A DNA stretch of 64,000 nucleotides from Candidatus Freyarchaeum deiterrae (GCA_037305845.1 CP147778.1:3512205-3576204); one strand, 5' to 3'; counted from the stretch's first letter, positions 28,358 through 39,236 are shown. A program made the numbers and translations. Notes: a model not told the origin generated them from the letters alone.

Positions 28358-28654
28358 ATGGGGTACCTTCTCTTTTATGTAGCAATTATTTTCCTCATCT
28401 TCGTAAACATGCCATTAAGCAACAACCCTCTTAATAATATGTTAGACATAACGGTGATCGCCGTTTCATCTCAATCACCGGGCTTGATTCTATTTTTTAT
28501 GTTTTACAAAGAAAGTCAGCCGAATATCACATTTATTGTCTTCATTGCTGTGTTTGTTGTTAATCTGGTTATGGTTGGGTTACTACGTGTTTACCTCATT
28601 CATTCTAGGAATAAGAGGATAAAACGTTCCGCCACGGCTAAAGGAAACGCATAA
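28358..28654 (+). CDS. Small membrane protein
   Basis: Three hydrophobic segments and a basic tail; the start may lie slightly upstream. Confidence 0.6.
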   Translation: MGYLLFYVAIIFLIFVNMPLSNNPLNNMLDITVIAVSSQSPGLILFFMFYKESQPNITFIVFIAVFVVNLVMVGLLRVYLIHSRNKRIKRSATAKGNA

Positions 28655-28792
28655 ACTTTTTTACTAACTGCACCCAGTAAAATGTATTATCAACTCGTTG
28701 AATTTATCATATCAAGTGTCTATTCTGGAAACTGAAAAATACAAAACAAAAATTCCTCTAATCATTCGAGAAGTATAAATTGGTGAAAGAAA

Positions 28793-29278
28793 ATGGTTTA
28801 TGTGGATAAACCGAAGCCTAGCAAAGGTTACCTCATATATTTTATACTAGGATGTTTGGTTTTTCCGCCCGCACTCTTAATGCTTACTATTATTCTTACT
28901 ATTGAGTTCACAAACCCCATTTTCCCGAATCCACCTTTAATACTGCTTGTTGACTTTTCTTTTTATGTCGTTTTGTCAATTATCTTCTTTGGAATAATGG
29001 TTCACGCAATGTACAATACAGAGTACCGGATTGAGAACGGAAAACTTTGGTTGAAATTTGGGTCTGCAAGAAAGGAAAGTGTGTCATTGGACGAAATAAG
29101 GGGTATCGAAAAAGTGGAGTTTATTAGAGGAAACTGGCAGCTTCGCTTCCACAATAAATCTTACTGCAACCGATTCAAAAATGGAATACGCATAATCACT
29201 GAGAAGAGCACATATTGGGTCAGCCCCGAAGATAATGAAAGATTCGTTTCGAAATTAGGATTAAAGATTAGTAGCTAA
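28793..29278 (+). CDS. Two-TM protein with bacterial PH-like domain
   Basis: Two TMs, then YRIENGKL..., LDEI.GIE and WVSPED.ERF. Confidence 0.75.
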   Translation: MVYVDKPKPSKGYLIYFILGCLVFPPALLMLTIILTIEFTNPIFPNPPLILLVDFSFYVVLSIIFFGIMVHAMYNTEYRIENGKLWLKFGSARKESVSLDEIRGIEKVEFIRGNWQLRFHNKSYCNRFKNGIRIITEKSTYWVSPEDNERFVSKLGLKISS

Positions 29279-29484
29279 ATTAAAAACGATTAACGACTAA
29301 ATGCGGCTCTGAGATTTAATGAGTGTTTTCGTATTATCTGTAGAACCGTTCTTCATCTACAACCCTGAGGGGGCAGGAGGACTTCTAACGCATTTTGTTA
29401 TTCTGGTATGTTTAGGCAAGGCGGGGGCACTCCAGCTACATCCTTCTCGAATATTCCAAATAACCCTTTACAGTTCTTTCTGGG

Positions 29485-30060
29485 TTATTTTATTTTTGCA
29501 GGCTTATAGACAAGTAAAACATTCCCTGAATTAAATGTCTTTGTTTTCAAAAGTTTAAGATTAATTCTGTCCTTGACGTCTTTGAATAATGGTTTGCCGT
29601 CGCCTAAAATAACAGGATTCACTATAATCAGATATTCATCAATTAAGCCAAGTTGCGTAAAAGTTGATACAATGCTGCCACTACCGTATATCACCATGTC
29701 CTTTCCGGGCTGTTGTTTCATTTTCGCGATTTCTTCCGGAATAACCTCTTTAACCAGCTTGGCATTTTTCCATTCAACTTTTTCCAGTGTCTTTGAAAAA
29801 ACAATTTTGGTTTTATTATTTATTTGGTGGGCAATTTCAAGGTCGCTCTTTGAAGTTGATGGGTTCGTAGCCGCGGCAGGCCAATAACTTTCAAAAAGTT
29901 GGTAAGTCACTCGGCCGAATAAAATAGTATCGACCGTATTTAGTATACTGATGGCATATTGGTTAAATTCTTCATCCACGTTATGCCAATCTATTTCTCT
30001 GTTTGGTCCTTCAAAGTAGCCATCAAGGGATACCATTTCTGATGCAATTATTTTTCTCAT
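29485..30060 (-). CDS. Dihydrofolate reductase/RibD C-terminal family protein
   Basis: SLDGY, FGRVTY, GSGS and LIDEY...P.ILGDGKPLF motifs. Confidence 0.92.
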   Translation of the reverse strand: MRKIIASEMVSLDGYFEGPNREIDWHNVDEEFNQYAISILNTVDTILFGRVTYQLFESYWPAAATNPSTSKSDLEIAHQINNKTKIVFSKTLEKVEWKNAKLVKEVIPEEIAKMKQQPGKDMVIYGSGSIVSTFTQLGLIDEYLIIVNPVILGDGKPLFKDVKDRINLKLLKTKTFNSGNVLLVYKPAKIK

Positions 30061-30087
30061 ATAATTCCCTCATGTAACAGGCATGGT

Positions 30088-30480
30088 TTAAAATGCCCCG
30101 TCCTTATTTGGCGAATCAGCTGGCACTGGCTCGCCGATGTCCCACAATTCTACAATCTTATCACCTTGGAAGCGGAACAAGTGCACAGTTATGTACTCTG
30201 CCTCGCCTGGACTTGGTAAGATGTGACAGTGTACGGCGACCAAGGCGTCATCGCCGAGCACGTGTTTGACTATGAGCTGTTTGTTTGGAAACTGAACGTT
30301 ATCCTCGATCATTGCCTTTTCCAGTGCAGGAAAACCTGTGGGAAAGTGTGGATTGTGGTGTTTACCTCCAAAGTCTACGTATGTCTGATAAGCCTTTTCA
30401 ACCTGGCCCGCCACTACCAGTTGCAGAAATTGCACCGCCGCTTGTTTGTGGTCAAGGTTTTTAACATTTCTGTGCTTCAT
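30088..30480 (-). CDS. SnoaL/NTF2-like protein
   Basis: HHNP, D.LVAVH and HLFRF.GDKIVELWD motifs. ATG at 30480 has an RBS; the longer track ORF runs into the hicA remnant. Confidence 0.85.
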   Translation of the reverse strand: MKHRNVKNLDHKQAAVQFLQLVVAGQVEKAYQTYVDFGGKHHNPHFPTGFPALEKAMIEDNVQFPNKQLIVKHVLGDDALVAVHCHILPSPGEAEYITVHLFRFQGDKIVELWDIGEPVPADSPNKDGAF

Positions 30481-30550
30481 GAAACCACCTGATGACCTAT
30501 TCATTCTAATACTTAATAAAACATTGCATTTTAGAATAGTATAGGATGTA

Positions 30551-30745
30551 ATCGGAGGATGGGAGAGCAACTACTGTTCCTGTGCATGGAAACAAGGATA
30601 TACCTAAAGGGCTTCTGCGTAAAATAATCAGAGAAGATTTGGAGATAAGCTTAGAAGAATTTTTAGAGTTATACTCATGATACAAAAGAAAATGAAAGAG
30701 ATGACCGACGCTTGGTTAGACGTAGAAAAGTTCACCGGTTTTTAG
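30551..30745 (+). pseudogene. 3' remnant of hicA fused to the 3' end of the zinc-ribbon gene
   Basis: Close match to 27786..27950 with an aga>tga stop, followed by gtagaaaagttcaccggttttt matching ~28266..28289. Confidence 0.85.
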
Positions 30746-30992
30746 CCCGTTGTCCGAGAGTTTCTAAAGTCAGTTTTTCCATCTCTATCAGGTCAAAGAC
30801 TCCCTTTTTTTGTCTGTCTTGAGATTTTTTATTAAACTCGGTTACCATAATATTCCTTCTCTCAGCTTAAAGAGAAGAAACTTGATATAAGAGATTATTG
30901 TTATACATAAGATTATTATTGTTATTTTCGAACCATGAGAGAAATGGTTACCAAATTGATCAATAAAAAAACAGGAAGAGAGGTTTATAGTA

Positions 30993-33062
30993 ATGGAGAA
31001 GAAGAGCAAGGTGGTAATGAATAAGAAGAGTAAGATGGTTTGGCCAGCTGGATCGACGGATCCAATGTACAATCGGCCGTATGTGGATATAGACGAGTGG
31101 CGGGACCAACCGGTTCGCCATCGTTATGTCCATGGAGGGTTCGAAGGTACCGAATGTCGGTTCTCCTTCTACTTCCCGCCGGAGGAACTTTACGAAGGAC
31201 GGTTCTTCCAACCGCTCATGGCGGTTTCGGGCACAGAGAATGCTGCAACTATGCCTGCGATGCTGAGCTTTATGATAGCGGACACCGTTCCCTTCGCTAC
31301 TGCAAGTGGCGGCTACCTCGTGGAGTCAAACCAGGGCAAGACGGTCATGTTCCCTGACAAGGATAACACCACCATCACCGGCTTTCGAGCCAGTGCCGCA
31401 GTGGCCCGGTACTCGCGGGTGGTGGCCGCCGAGATGTACGGCGAGCACCGTCCCTATGGCTATGTCTACGGCGGCAGCGGCGGGGCCTACAAGACAATCG
31501 CCTGTTTTGAGAACTGCATCAACGTCTGGGACGGCGCAGTACCATTCGTTATGGGATCACCCATAAGCATCCCCAACGTATTCACGGTGCAGGCTCATGC
31601 CATGCGAGTGCTGCGGGACAAGTTCCCCGCCATCGTTGAAGCATTGGAGCCTGGCGGCAGCGGTGACATGTATAGCGGACTAACCACCGAGCAGCGTGAA
31701 GCACTCGCCGAGGTAACTCGGATGGGGTTTCCACCAAAGGCGTGGTTCAACGTAGCAAAGATCGCTATTGGGTACACAGGAGTCTTCGCCTCCCTCATCG
31801 ACAACATGTTCGATTGGGATCCCGAGTATTTCAAGGACTTCTGGACTGTTCCGGGCTACCTCGGTGCGAACCCTCCCGAGTCCCTCTTACGCGCCCGGGT
31901 TCAGCACAAGACGACCATCAGTAAGGTGATAATGGCCAGTGAGGCTGCTAAGATGGGTGTGCCATTGACGATGCCAGCGAAACTCGGTGACAGCAAGACG
32001 GAGTTACCGGCTATGCTCCAGCTCGAGAGTATACCGGAAGGAAGTCTCCAAGGAGTCGCCATGACCCTTATGAGCGGTGAGGCCGCTGGGCACACGCTCC
32101 ACATCGCCGGAGCGTTCGGCAACCTACTGTTTATTGGGTTCGGCGAGGCGCACTTCCAGGCGCTGACTAAAATCAAGGTCGGCGACGAAGTGGAGCTCGA
32201 CAACGCGAATTATCTCGCCGTCCAGACCTATCATCGCCACCAAGTACCGTCGCCTGACTACTATGTCTGGGACCAATTCCGGGCCGCGGGTAAACCGATC
32301 TACCCACAGCGACCCGTTCCGGTGAGCCCACGCTATATGCGGTACGCCGCCGGCTCCATACCGACCGGTCGGTTCGCAGGGAAAATGATCGTGGTTCAGT
32401 CGCTGATGGACGAAGCCGCCATCCCCTGGCAGGCGGACTGGTACCGCACGCTCGTGAAGGCCGCGCTGGGGCCGCGTCTCGATGACAACTACAGGCTCTG
32501 GTTCACCGAAAATGCTATGCACACGACACAGACCGCCTTGCCGACCGATCCCCGGCCGGTGGCGACAACCCGCGTCATCAGCTATGTTGGCGTCGTGGAG
32601 CAAGGGCTGCGTGATCTGAGCGCCTGGGTCGAGAAGGGCTTGGCGCCCCCTGCGAGCACCGTCTACAAGGTGGTGGACGGTCAAGTGCAGGTGCCGCCGA
32701 CGGCCGCGGAGCGTAAGGGCATCCAGCCTGTGGTTATGCTGAATGCGAATGGCGGCGCGCTCGCCAAGGTCGCGGTCGACGAGACCGTTGAGTTCTCCGC
32801 GGTCATCGAGGTGCCGCAGGGCGCGGGCACGGTGGTGGCTGCGGAATGGGACTTCGAGGGCGCAGGTGACTATCCGCTCGTCGAGCAGTTCGACGACACC
32901 AACACGTCGATGACTTGTGTGACCCTGAAGACCACCTATGCCTTCTCCAAGCCCGGCACCTACTTCCCGGCGCTGCGAGCCACCTCGCAACGACAAGGTG
33001 ACTTCAAAACCCGAATTGCTCGCATCCGGAACATTGGTAGGGTGCGGGTTGTCGTCCGGTAG
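30993..33062 (+). CDS. High-GC alpha/beta-hydrolase-like protein (tannase/esterase-like) with C-terminal PKD-like domain
   Basis: GYVYGGSGGA nucleophile elbow and EWDFEG...FSKPGTYFP tail; markedly GC-rich codons. Confidence 0.7.
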   Translation: MEKKSKVVMNKKSKMVWPAGSTDPMYNRPYVDIDEWRDQPVRHRYVHGGFEGTECRFSFYFPPEELYEGRFFQPLMAVSGTENAATMPAMLSFMIADTVPFATASGGYLVESNQGKTVMFPDKDNTTITGFRASAAVARYSRVVAAEMYGEHRPYGYVYGGSGGAYKTIACFENCINVWDGAVPFVMGSPISIPNVFTVQAHAMRVLRDKFPAIVEALEPGGSGDMYSGLTTEQREALAEVTRMGFPPKAWFNVAKIAIGYTGVFASLIDNMFDWDPEYFKDFWTVPGYLGANPPESLLRARVQHKTTISKVIMASEAAKMGVPLTMPAKLGDSKTELPAMLQLESIPEGSLQGVAMTLMSGEAAGHTLHIAGAFGNLLFIGFGEAHFQALTKIKVGDEVELDNANYLAVQTYHRHQVPSPDYYVWDQFRAAGKPIYPQRPVPVSPRYMRYAAGSIPTGRFAGKMIVVQSLMDEAAIPWQADWYRTLVKAALGPRLDDNYRLWFTENAMHTTQTALPTDPRPVATTRVISYVGVVEQGLRDLSAWVEKGLAPPASTVYKVVDGQVQVPPTAAERKGIQPVVMLNANGGALAKVAVDETVEFSAVIEVPQGAGTVVAAEWDFEGAGDYPLVEQFDDTNTSMTCVTLKTTYAFSKPGTYFPALRATSQRQGDFKTRIARIRNIGRVRVVVR

Positions 33063-33572
33063 GACAAGCGACGGTTCGAACGCGTAGTCCCTTGTGGCGC
33101 GCTGAGTTCATTCGGTTTTCATCCGCGTCTGGGATGAAAACACATTATCCCTTTTTGGGTAAGGCATCTGCACTACTCCAACTTGCTTAGCCTGGAGAGA
33201 ATCAACCACCTCACCGATGCACTCCTTCCTATACGCACCGCCAAGGAATCGAGTGTTCTCATTCAAAACTACTTACTACTTTTGTACCTAATAGTCTGGT
33301 ACGGTAAAATCGTGGAATAGCTCACTATACCTTAGAATAGTTTTTCAGCCACGGAGATTGAAAGCTCTTTTTTCAACCCTTCTATTTAGCCGGAAATTTA
33401 AACTTGCAAAGGCAGTTCTCCAGATTTTAATGTTTTCTTAGGTAGAAGTTTTTAAATATTATGGACTGGTTATTAGTGTTTGTTGAATCGATTTACGAGC
33501 TCGGGGCGCTATCAGTCCATCTCAGAAGAGGATTTTGAAATAAATGTTCCTTGGATTTGAAATAAATTAAAG

Positions 33573-34193
33573 GTGAGGAATTTGAAGTTTGTGGCTTTAG
33601 GTGATATTCACAGTAATTTGGAAGCTGCGGAAAATTCTAGAAGTTACATTGAGGAGAAGAGACCGGCTGCGGTGCTGGTTTGTGGTGATGTAACAACCTC
33701 CGGGGGTAAAAGGGAGGTGCAGAGAATCATTGAAACTTTGGCGGTAGGCAATATTCCGGTTTTGTATGTTTGGGGGAATATGGATAGGGTGGAGCCTGAT
33801 TTTCAGGTTCAGGGTGTTAATGCGATTTGCCTTCATGGTAAGAAGAGCGTGTTTGGTGATGTTGAACTTGTTGGGCTTAGTGGCAACGCTTGGGGTTACG
33901 GTTTTCTCAGCGATATTGAAAAGTCGGATAAGCCCTTAATATTGGTGTCACATGAGCCACCGGAAAATGTTTTGGACAAGACTTGGAGCGGAAGCCACGC
34001 CGGTGATCCCCAGATAAGAAGTTTCATAGAGAGGGTTCAACCGGAATTAATGGTTTGTGGGCACATTCATGAGGCCCGTGGGGAGGATAAAATCGGCAAA
34101 ACCATAGTGTGTAATGTGGGAAAACTGGGGGATGGAAACATACTGACCATAGATATTAACGGTGAGGTAGTGGTGAAGAGAGACAAAATCTAA
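33573..34193 (+). CDS. Metallophosphoesterase (Icc-like)
   Basis: DIH, GD, GNMD, SHEPP and GHIHE motifs. Confidence 0.92.
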   Translation: MRNLKFVALGDIHSNLEAAENSRSYIEEKRPAAVLVCGDVTTSGGKREVQRIIETLAVGNIPVLYVWGNMDRVEPDFQVQGVNAICLHGKKSVFGDVELVGLSGNAWGYGFLSDIEKSDKPLILVSHEPPENVLDKTWSGSHAGDPQIRSFIERVQPELMVCGHIHEARGEDKIGKTIVCNVGKLGDGNILTIDINGEVVVKRDKI

Positions 34194-34258
34194 TTTAATT
34201 TAATCTGAGTAAGTGTCTGTCTGTCCTGATTCGGCTTGGCTTGAAAAAACTTTCATTT

Positions 34259-35488
34259 TTAGTTGTCGCAGCCTATTATCATTGGTATTTTTGGGGGCTT
34301 GTACCTAATCTTTGCTGAGACCTCTTTGGTCTGGTTTTCCATTGTGAGTGAACTTATGAGGTACATGGTGTTTAGTAGGTCCATTTCTTCTCGGGTTTTA
34401 AGCTGGCCTAGTAGTTCTTCCAGTTCGAGCGCATTTTTTTCCTCATCGAAAATGGAGAAGAATAGTTCCGATACCTTATCTACATCTAACGCTTCATTTC
34501 CGTTGTTTCTTTCTGCGTTTTTTGCGTATTTTTCTACTACGTATGTGAAATCGATTTCGAGAGAGTTTTCTGTTTCGCGAACTGGGATTTTTGCAAACAA
34601 GTTGTAGCCGCTTAGTAGGCAGAGGGGAATTCCGTCTTTTCTCATTACGAGTATTCCGATTTCGAAGGGTGAGAGTGGGAAGGTGTACGCGGCTTGGACT
34701 TCTTGCTTCTTTAGGAATTCTAATTTCTTCAAATCCTCGATTCCCTTGCTTGAGAATTTGGAGGCTCTAGTTATGGTGTCAATGGTCATGGTAACGCTGT
34801 CGATGTTCAGGGTTTCGGTTATTGCTTGGCAAATCTGGATGCAGGTTGATGCGGCGTCAAACTCCAGCTGTGTTGCATTATTGCAGGGGGATAGTTTACA
34901 CTCTTCTTCGCCCAGTTCGCAGTTTGCGACGAGGTGGAATAAGCTGTAGGCTCTCGATATGAGGAAGTTGATGCCCTCTTTCTCAGCATATTTTTTATAA
35001 AACTGGAACAGTTCGTAAACATCAAGCATTAGGGAATCTGAATCGATATAGTGGGGGATATTCAGCACGCTTTTACCTAGAAGTATTTCGATTCTTCCAT
35101 CCCCCTTATCCAGATTAACAACCAAATTCATTTGCAGCGTTCTTCCATCGAGGAGAACCTTAAGAGGTAACAACTTACTGAACTTTGACTCCAAGATATC
35201 ACTTAGGCTTCTATAAGTGCACTCGGTTTCCCCCTCGTTTTTAAACCGTTCATCATAGTAATCGGTACACTTCAAAATTTCGTGGTCAGCCTTTTCCGAA
35301 AGGTTGTTACTCTTACCCAGAAATACGTATTTATCCTCCACTCTTTTAACATACTGCTTCAATTGAAGCAACATAACTATACGCAGGAGTTTTTCACTAT
35401 CAAGACCCGATTCTTCCAGCAAATTCTCCCAAATAAGCTCTCTTTTAGACTTTAACAATAGGTAAACCGTTATCATATCCTTGTTCAT
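34259..35488 (-). CDS. Hypothetical protein, possible N-terminal winged helix
   Basis: 409-aa ORF with an upstream RBS; no recognised motif. Confidence 0.6.
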   Translation of the reverse strand: MNKDMITVYLLLKSKRELIWENLLEESGLDSEKLLRIVMLLQLKQYVKRVEDKYVFLGKSNNLSEKADHEILKCTDYYDERFKNEGETECTYRSLSDILESKFSKLLPLKVLLDGRTLQMNLVVNLDKGDGRIEILLGKSVLNIPHYIDSDSLMLDVYELFQFYKKYAEKEGINFLISRAYSLFHLVANCELGEEECKLSPCNNATQLEFDAASTCIQICQAITETLNIDSVTMTIDTITRASKFSSKGIEDLKKLEFLKKQEVQAAYTFPLSPFEIGILVMRKDGIPLCLLSGYNLFAKIPVRETENSLEIDFTYVVEKYAKNAERNNGNEALDVDKVSELFFSIFDEEKNALELEELLGQLKTREEMDLLNTMYLISSLTMENQTKEVSAKIRYKPPKIPMIIGCDN

Positions 35489-35847
35489 TTGTCCCAGCCA
35501 CCTCTCTCCAAAATAGTGCCTTCAAACTAGGCGTGCCAGAATTATTTAAAAAGAATTTACCCGTTGCTTCGGGGTTCTGTAATACGGTACAAAAGTGGAA
35601 AATAATACTTATTTCGTGTGAGCCCCAAAGCATGCACATCCACCTTGGGATAATAGGAAACAGGGACACCTTAAAAAAATTTTGACATGTTTCTTTAAAA
35701 TTTGTGTAATGAGTATCAACTAGTACACGTTATCGGGAAACCATGCCCCACATTCGATACTTGTCTAATAAAAATCAGTGTAGAATAATCCAGCGTTTAT
35801 AGACTTGGAAAGAGTAAGTAAGTGTTTCGTTTAAGCGGTCCAATTCT

Positions 35848-36537
35848 TCAGCTCAGCTGTTCACCGCAAATCGGGCAAAAATACGAACCGGAAGGCATTT
35901 CTTTTCCACACTTCGGGCAATGCAAAACCGCTTCTTTCACAATCTTCCGATTTGAATCGGTGCTCCACTTGAAAGGCTTTGCCTTCTCTTTAAACTCCCC
36001 CATAAGCTCCTTAATTTCATCCGCCCGGCGAAATTCTTTAGCGCCGATGTAAGCCTCAACCAGAGAGGTGTAAGAATCAATAACCTTAGAAATTAGGTTC
36101 TCATTAGCGGTTAGCTCAAAGTCTTCAAGAAACTCTCTCAAGTCCTCTATCCACTCCTCAGCATCTTCGTATTCCCTGTTATCGATACACTGGGAAATTC
36201 TGCGAAAATAGGCGTCTGAAATTCGGGTAGCACTTTCCTCCTCAATAGGCAAATCGGTGCTATCAAGAAAATCCCCGAGGTCTTCCATCGTTATCATGGC
36301 ATCATCGTACTCATAGTTCTCAATGTAATCTGAAATTGCATTAGTAAAGGCTTCCAAAACTGGGGTGGCGATATTAAAATCGACACTCGCTCCCTTCCTC
36401 CTCAACCTTCTTATTTGAGCCAGAAGACTAGGCAGCTTATCGTACCTATCCTCATTAATAAAATTAGCAATTTGTTTAATCAGTTTCGCAAGCTCATAAT
36501 CATCATCAGAGCTGTCCATGCTTTCATCCGCCTCCAA
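35848..36537 (-). CDS. Helical-repeat protein with C-terminal zinc ribbon
   Basis: Repeated acidic helices (YEYDDA/REYEDA/KEFRRA) and CPKCG...FCPICG. Confidence 0.75.
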   Translation of the reverse strand: MEADESMDSSDDDYELAKLIKQIANFINEDRYDKLPSLLAQIRRLRRKGASVDFNIATPVLEAFTNAISDYIENYEYDDAMITMEDLGDFLDSTDLPIEEESATRISDAYFRRISQCIDNREYEDAEEWIEDLREFLEDFELTANENLISKVIDSYTSLVEAYIGAKEFRRADEIKELMGEFKEKAKPFKWSTDSNRKIVKEAVLHCPKCGKEMPSGSYFCPICGEQLS

Positions 36538-36844
36538 TGTATAATATATTTGTCAACTGTCACCTACTTAAACTAATGCGAAGTATTCTCATACACAATG
36601 AATATATCTGAGAATAAAAAGAATTCCAAAAATTTAAAGTATACTAATCCTGCAACCAAACTTTTTTTATTAAATGCTTGGTGTTCTGTTTATAAAGTGG
36701 TGGATGTAATCCTTTGAGAGTTATGGTTGTCAATTGCACGTTACCAGTATCAAGTAGCCTAGCAAAGCGATTTTTATACCCCCGGGTTTCGGTGGCATGC
36801 TCCGTCATATTAGCTTAGCCTACCTACAGCCTTCTCAGGTTGAG

Positions 36845-37387
36845 CTAGTGTTCGTGTCCACCCTTTCCTTCCTCGTCATGTTCCTCGCTACCCTTCACGC
36901 TTGCGTACAGGTGATGCGAATACAAGACAAAACCCAGATAAGCCTGCACGTACTCTCTTGCAGCAGTCACATTGTTTACGTCGTAATTCTTCTTAGCCAT
37001 GGCATTTTTGAACCTTTCTTGCAGTTCCTCTTCTACGGAATGCGAAATGAGATCTATCACTTCTTTTGCATTTCCTTTTTCTATAGCCTTTTCCGCCCTT
37101 GGAACTATAGGACCCCAATCCAGCCCAGCGGGTTTCAACCCAGTATAAGATGCGCCTTCTCCTTCTCTGTGCAGACGTACAGCGGTTTCAAAGAACCAAT
37201 AATCAGCGAGCTCAGCAGCATCCTTATCCTGTTTTCTTACACGAAGAGCTTTTTGAAAAGCCTTCTTCAATTCGGCTTCAGCCTTTTTCGGCACCCAGGG
37301 AAGTATCAGGTTAACATTACCTGCTTCCAAAGCCATTTTCGCAGCCTTAACAACCGGTCCATCCATCGTATCACAATGTGGTGGCAT
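36845..37387 (-). CDS. DUF6448-like protein
   Basis: HCDTMDGPVV and FFETAVRLHREGEGASYTGLKP motifs; His-rich tail. Confidence 0.75.
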   Translation of the reverse strand: MPPHCDTMDGPVVKAAKMALEAGNVNLILPWVPKKAEAELKKAFQKALRVRKQDKDAAELADYWFFETAVRLHREGEGASYTGLKPAGLDWGPIVPRAEKAIEKGNAKEVIDLISHSVEEELQERFKNAMAKKNYDVNNVTAAREYVQAYLGFVLYSHHLYASVKGSEEHDEEGKGGHEH

Positions 37388-37689
37388 CCACTCACCTCAA
37401 GATAAAAATCTCATAGCTTCTCATTTAAAAATTTTATTCATTTTCTTGTGTTTTATTTAATAATTATTTCTTTTTCCTTTTGCCACCCGAAAATGTTTTG
37501 TCAGAAATAGAATCAACCTGTTTTCCATTGATTACGGTAACTCCCTTACGGGTGGTCTCCGAGAGAAATCTTTCAATTGACACACTTAGAATGCCATAAA
37601 CACCCATGAAATAGTTTTCCGAAACTGCAAGATCTACCTCATCCAAAAAATAAGTAAAACTTAAATGTAAGGAAGTCTTACTAAAAGGT

Positions 37690-37914
37690 ATGATTCTTGG
37701 CAAAGTTAGTGAAAAAGGACAGATAGTAATACCAAAAGAGATCCGAGACAAGTTCAACATAAAGCCGGGAGACACTATAGCCTTCAAAATGATAGACGGA
37801 AAAGTAATCATTGAGAAGATAATTGAAAAAAGAACAAAGGACATTTTGAAAGCTGGCAAACCGGTTGAACCAAGCGTTGAATTCCAAAGAAAGCTCCGGG
37901 AGGAGTGGGAGTGA
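37690..37914 (+). CDS. vapB: AbrB/MazE-fold antitoxin
   Basis: KGQIVIPKEIRDKFNIKPGD. Confidence 0.9.
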   Translation: MILGKVSEKGQIVIPKEIRDKFNIKPGDTIAFKMIDGKVIIEKIIEKRTKDILKAGKPVEPSVEFQRKLREEWE

Positions 37915-38330
37915 GGGTCTGCCTTGATACAAACGTATTCATCGCTATTAAGAACAAGGAAAACGATTCTCAACACTGCGAGAGAATACTTGACGCTATA
38001 GAAGATAAAGAAATAGAAGGAGTAATTTCGACTATTACCATTGCAGAAACACTAGTAGGATTCTATTGGAATAAAGAAGAGAAAGAAGCAGAACACTTTT
38101 TAGTACAAATTCTTCAGAATTACCATGTGTTGCCAGTTGATATTGAAGTATCCGAGAAAGCTGCGAGGCTCAGGGCTCAACAGGGAATTAAACTTCCCGA
38201 CGCAGTTATCATGGCTACAACCATAATCACCGACGCAGACTACTTGATAACTAAGGATGATGCACTAAAAAAGAAAATAGGAATCAAATCCCTAACTCCC
38301 CAAGAATTTGCAAGCAAATATCTGAAATAA
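37905..38330 (+). CDS. vapC: PIN-domain toxin
   Basis: LDTNVF, E, DAVI.AT and ITKD motifs. Confidence 0.9.
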   Translation: MGVRVCLDTNVFIAIKNKENDSQHCERILDAIEDKEIEGVISTITIAETLVGFYWNKEEKEAEHFLVQILQNYHVLPVDIEVSEKAARLRAQQGIKLPDAVIMATTIITDADYLITKDDALKKKIGIKSLTPQEFASKYLK

Positions 38331-38560
38331 TTAACCGTTAATCCTTCATCCATTTGAACCATTTATTTACATAATAACTGCACTTATACTGCTACTCTCT
38401 TAGATTATAACTTTCGATTCGCGTTCAACGACTTTTCATTTATTGTTTATTCTTTTTTCTTTTTTTTATGATAGGATATGATTCTTCGTTTAGTGCTTCC
38501 ATTTTTTGGAGTCTAACATTATTAGTAGGATTTAAGTAAGCCAAAGTCTTACTTAAAAGT

Positions 38561-38806
38561 ATGAAAGTAAAGACATCTTCAAAGGGACAGGTAGTTATTC
38601 CTAAAGAGATAAGGGAGAAACTGGGTATTAAGCCAGGTACAATTCTAAACATTAAGGCTGAGGAAAGAAGAGTGATACTTGAGTTAGCTCCAGAAGCGCC
38701 GGACGTATTTGTTGAGGCTGGCGAAATTGCGGAGCAAAGTTTGAGAGAATCTAAGGCGAGCAGTGACAAGGCAGAGAGACTTCTGAGGGATCTTGGTGTC
38801 AGCTAA
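38561..38806 (+). CDS. vapB: AbrB/MazE-fold antitoxin
   Basis: KGQVVIPKEIREKLGIKPG. Confidence 0.9.
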   Translation: MKVKTSSKGQVVIPKEIREKLGIKPGTILNIKAEERRVILELAPEAPDVFVEAGEIAEQSLRESKASSDKAERLLRDLGVS

Positions 38807-39236
38807 GGTTTCAATTGACACAGGGGTTTTCACAGAGTACATTGATGTCAAGGGATCCTTCCATAAACTCGCCAAAGCTCTCTTTGACTCCCTTTACATG
38901 ATAGAGGTGTTTTTACCAGGAGTTATTCTTGCGGAAACCTGTTATGTCGCGGCGAGAATCTACAAAATCTTGGGATTAGGTCAATATTTTGAAAGAGCAT
39001 TGAAACTTGTTGAGTGGCTCAGTGCACATCCGTCAATCAAAGTGGTTCGTAGCTTCGACTTGGATGTGGAAGCTGCAAAAATCAAAACACACTACAACGT
39101 AGCCTTAACTGACTGCTACATCTTAGCAGTTTCAAAAATTAGGGACTGTACGGCGATATTCCGAAAGAGGGAAAAGGAGATGCCGCCCAGCATAGAAAAA
39201 GACTTCAACATTCTATTTCTTGAAGACTATGCATAA
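38793..39236 (+). CDS. vapC: PIN-domain toxin
   Basis: IDTGVF, AE and ALTDCYILA motifs. Confidence 0.85.
   Translation: MVSAKVSIDTGVFTEYIDVKGSFHKLAKALFDSLYMIEVFLPGVILAETCYVAARIYKILGLGQYFERALKLVEWLSAHPSIKVVRSFDLDVEAAKIKTHYNVALTDCYILAVSKIRDCTAIFRKREKEMPPSIEKDFNILFLEDYA

Noticed and set aside
32124-32996. Long antisense ORFs (also 3980..4594, 36797..37405, 57268..57870, 27375..27920, 37464..37976)
   Set aside because: They are shadows of well-supported genes on the opposite strand.
33452-33521. Inverted repeat atggactggt/atcagtccat upstream of the metallophosphoesterase
   Set aside because: It is a single instance overlapping the probable promoter and matches no known RNA family that I recognise.
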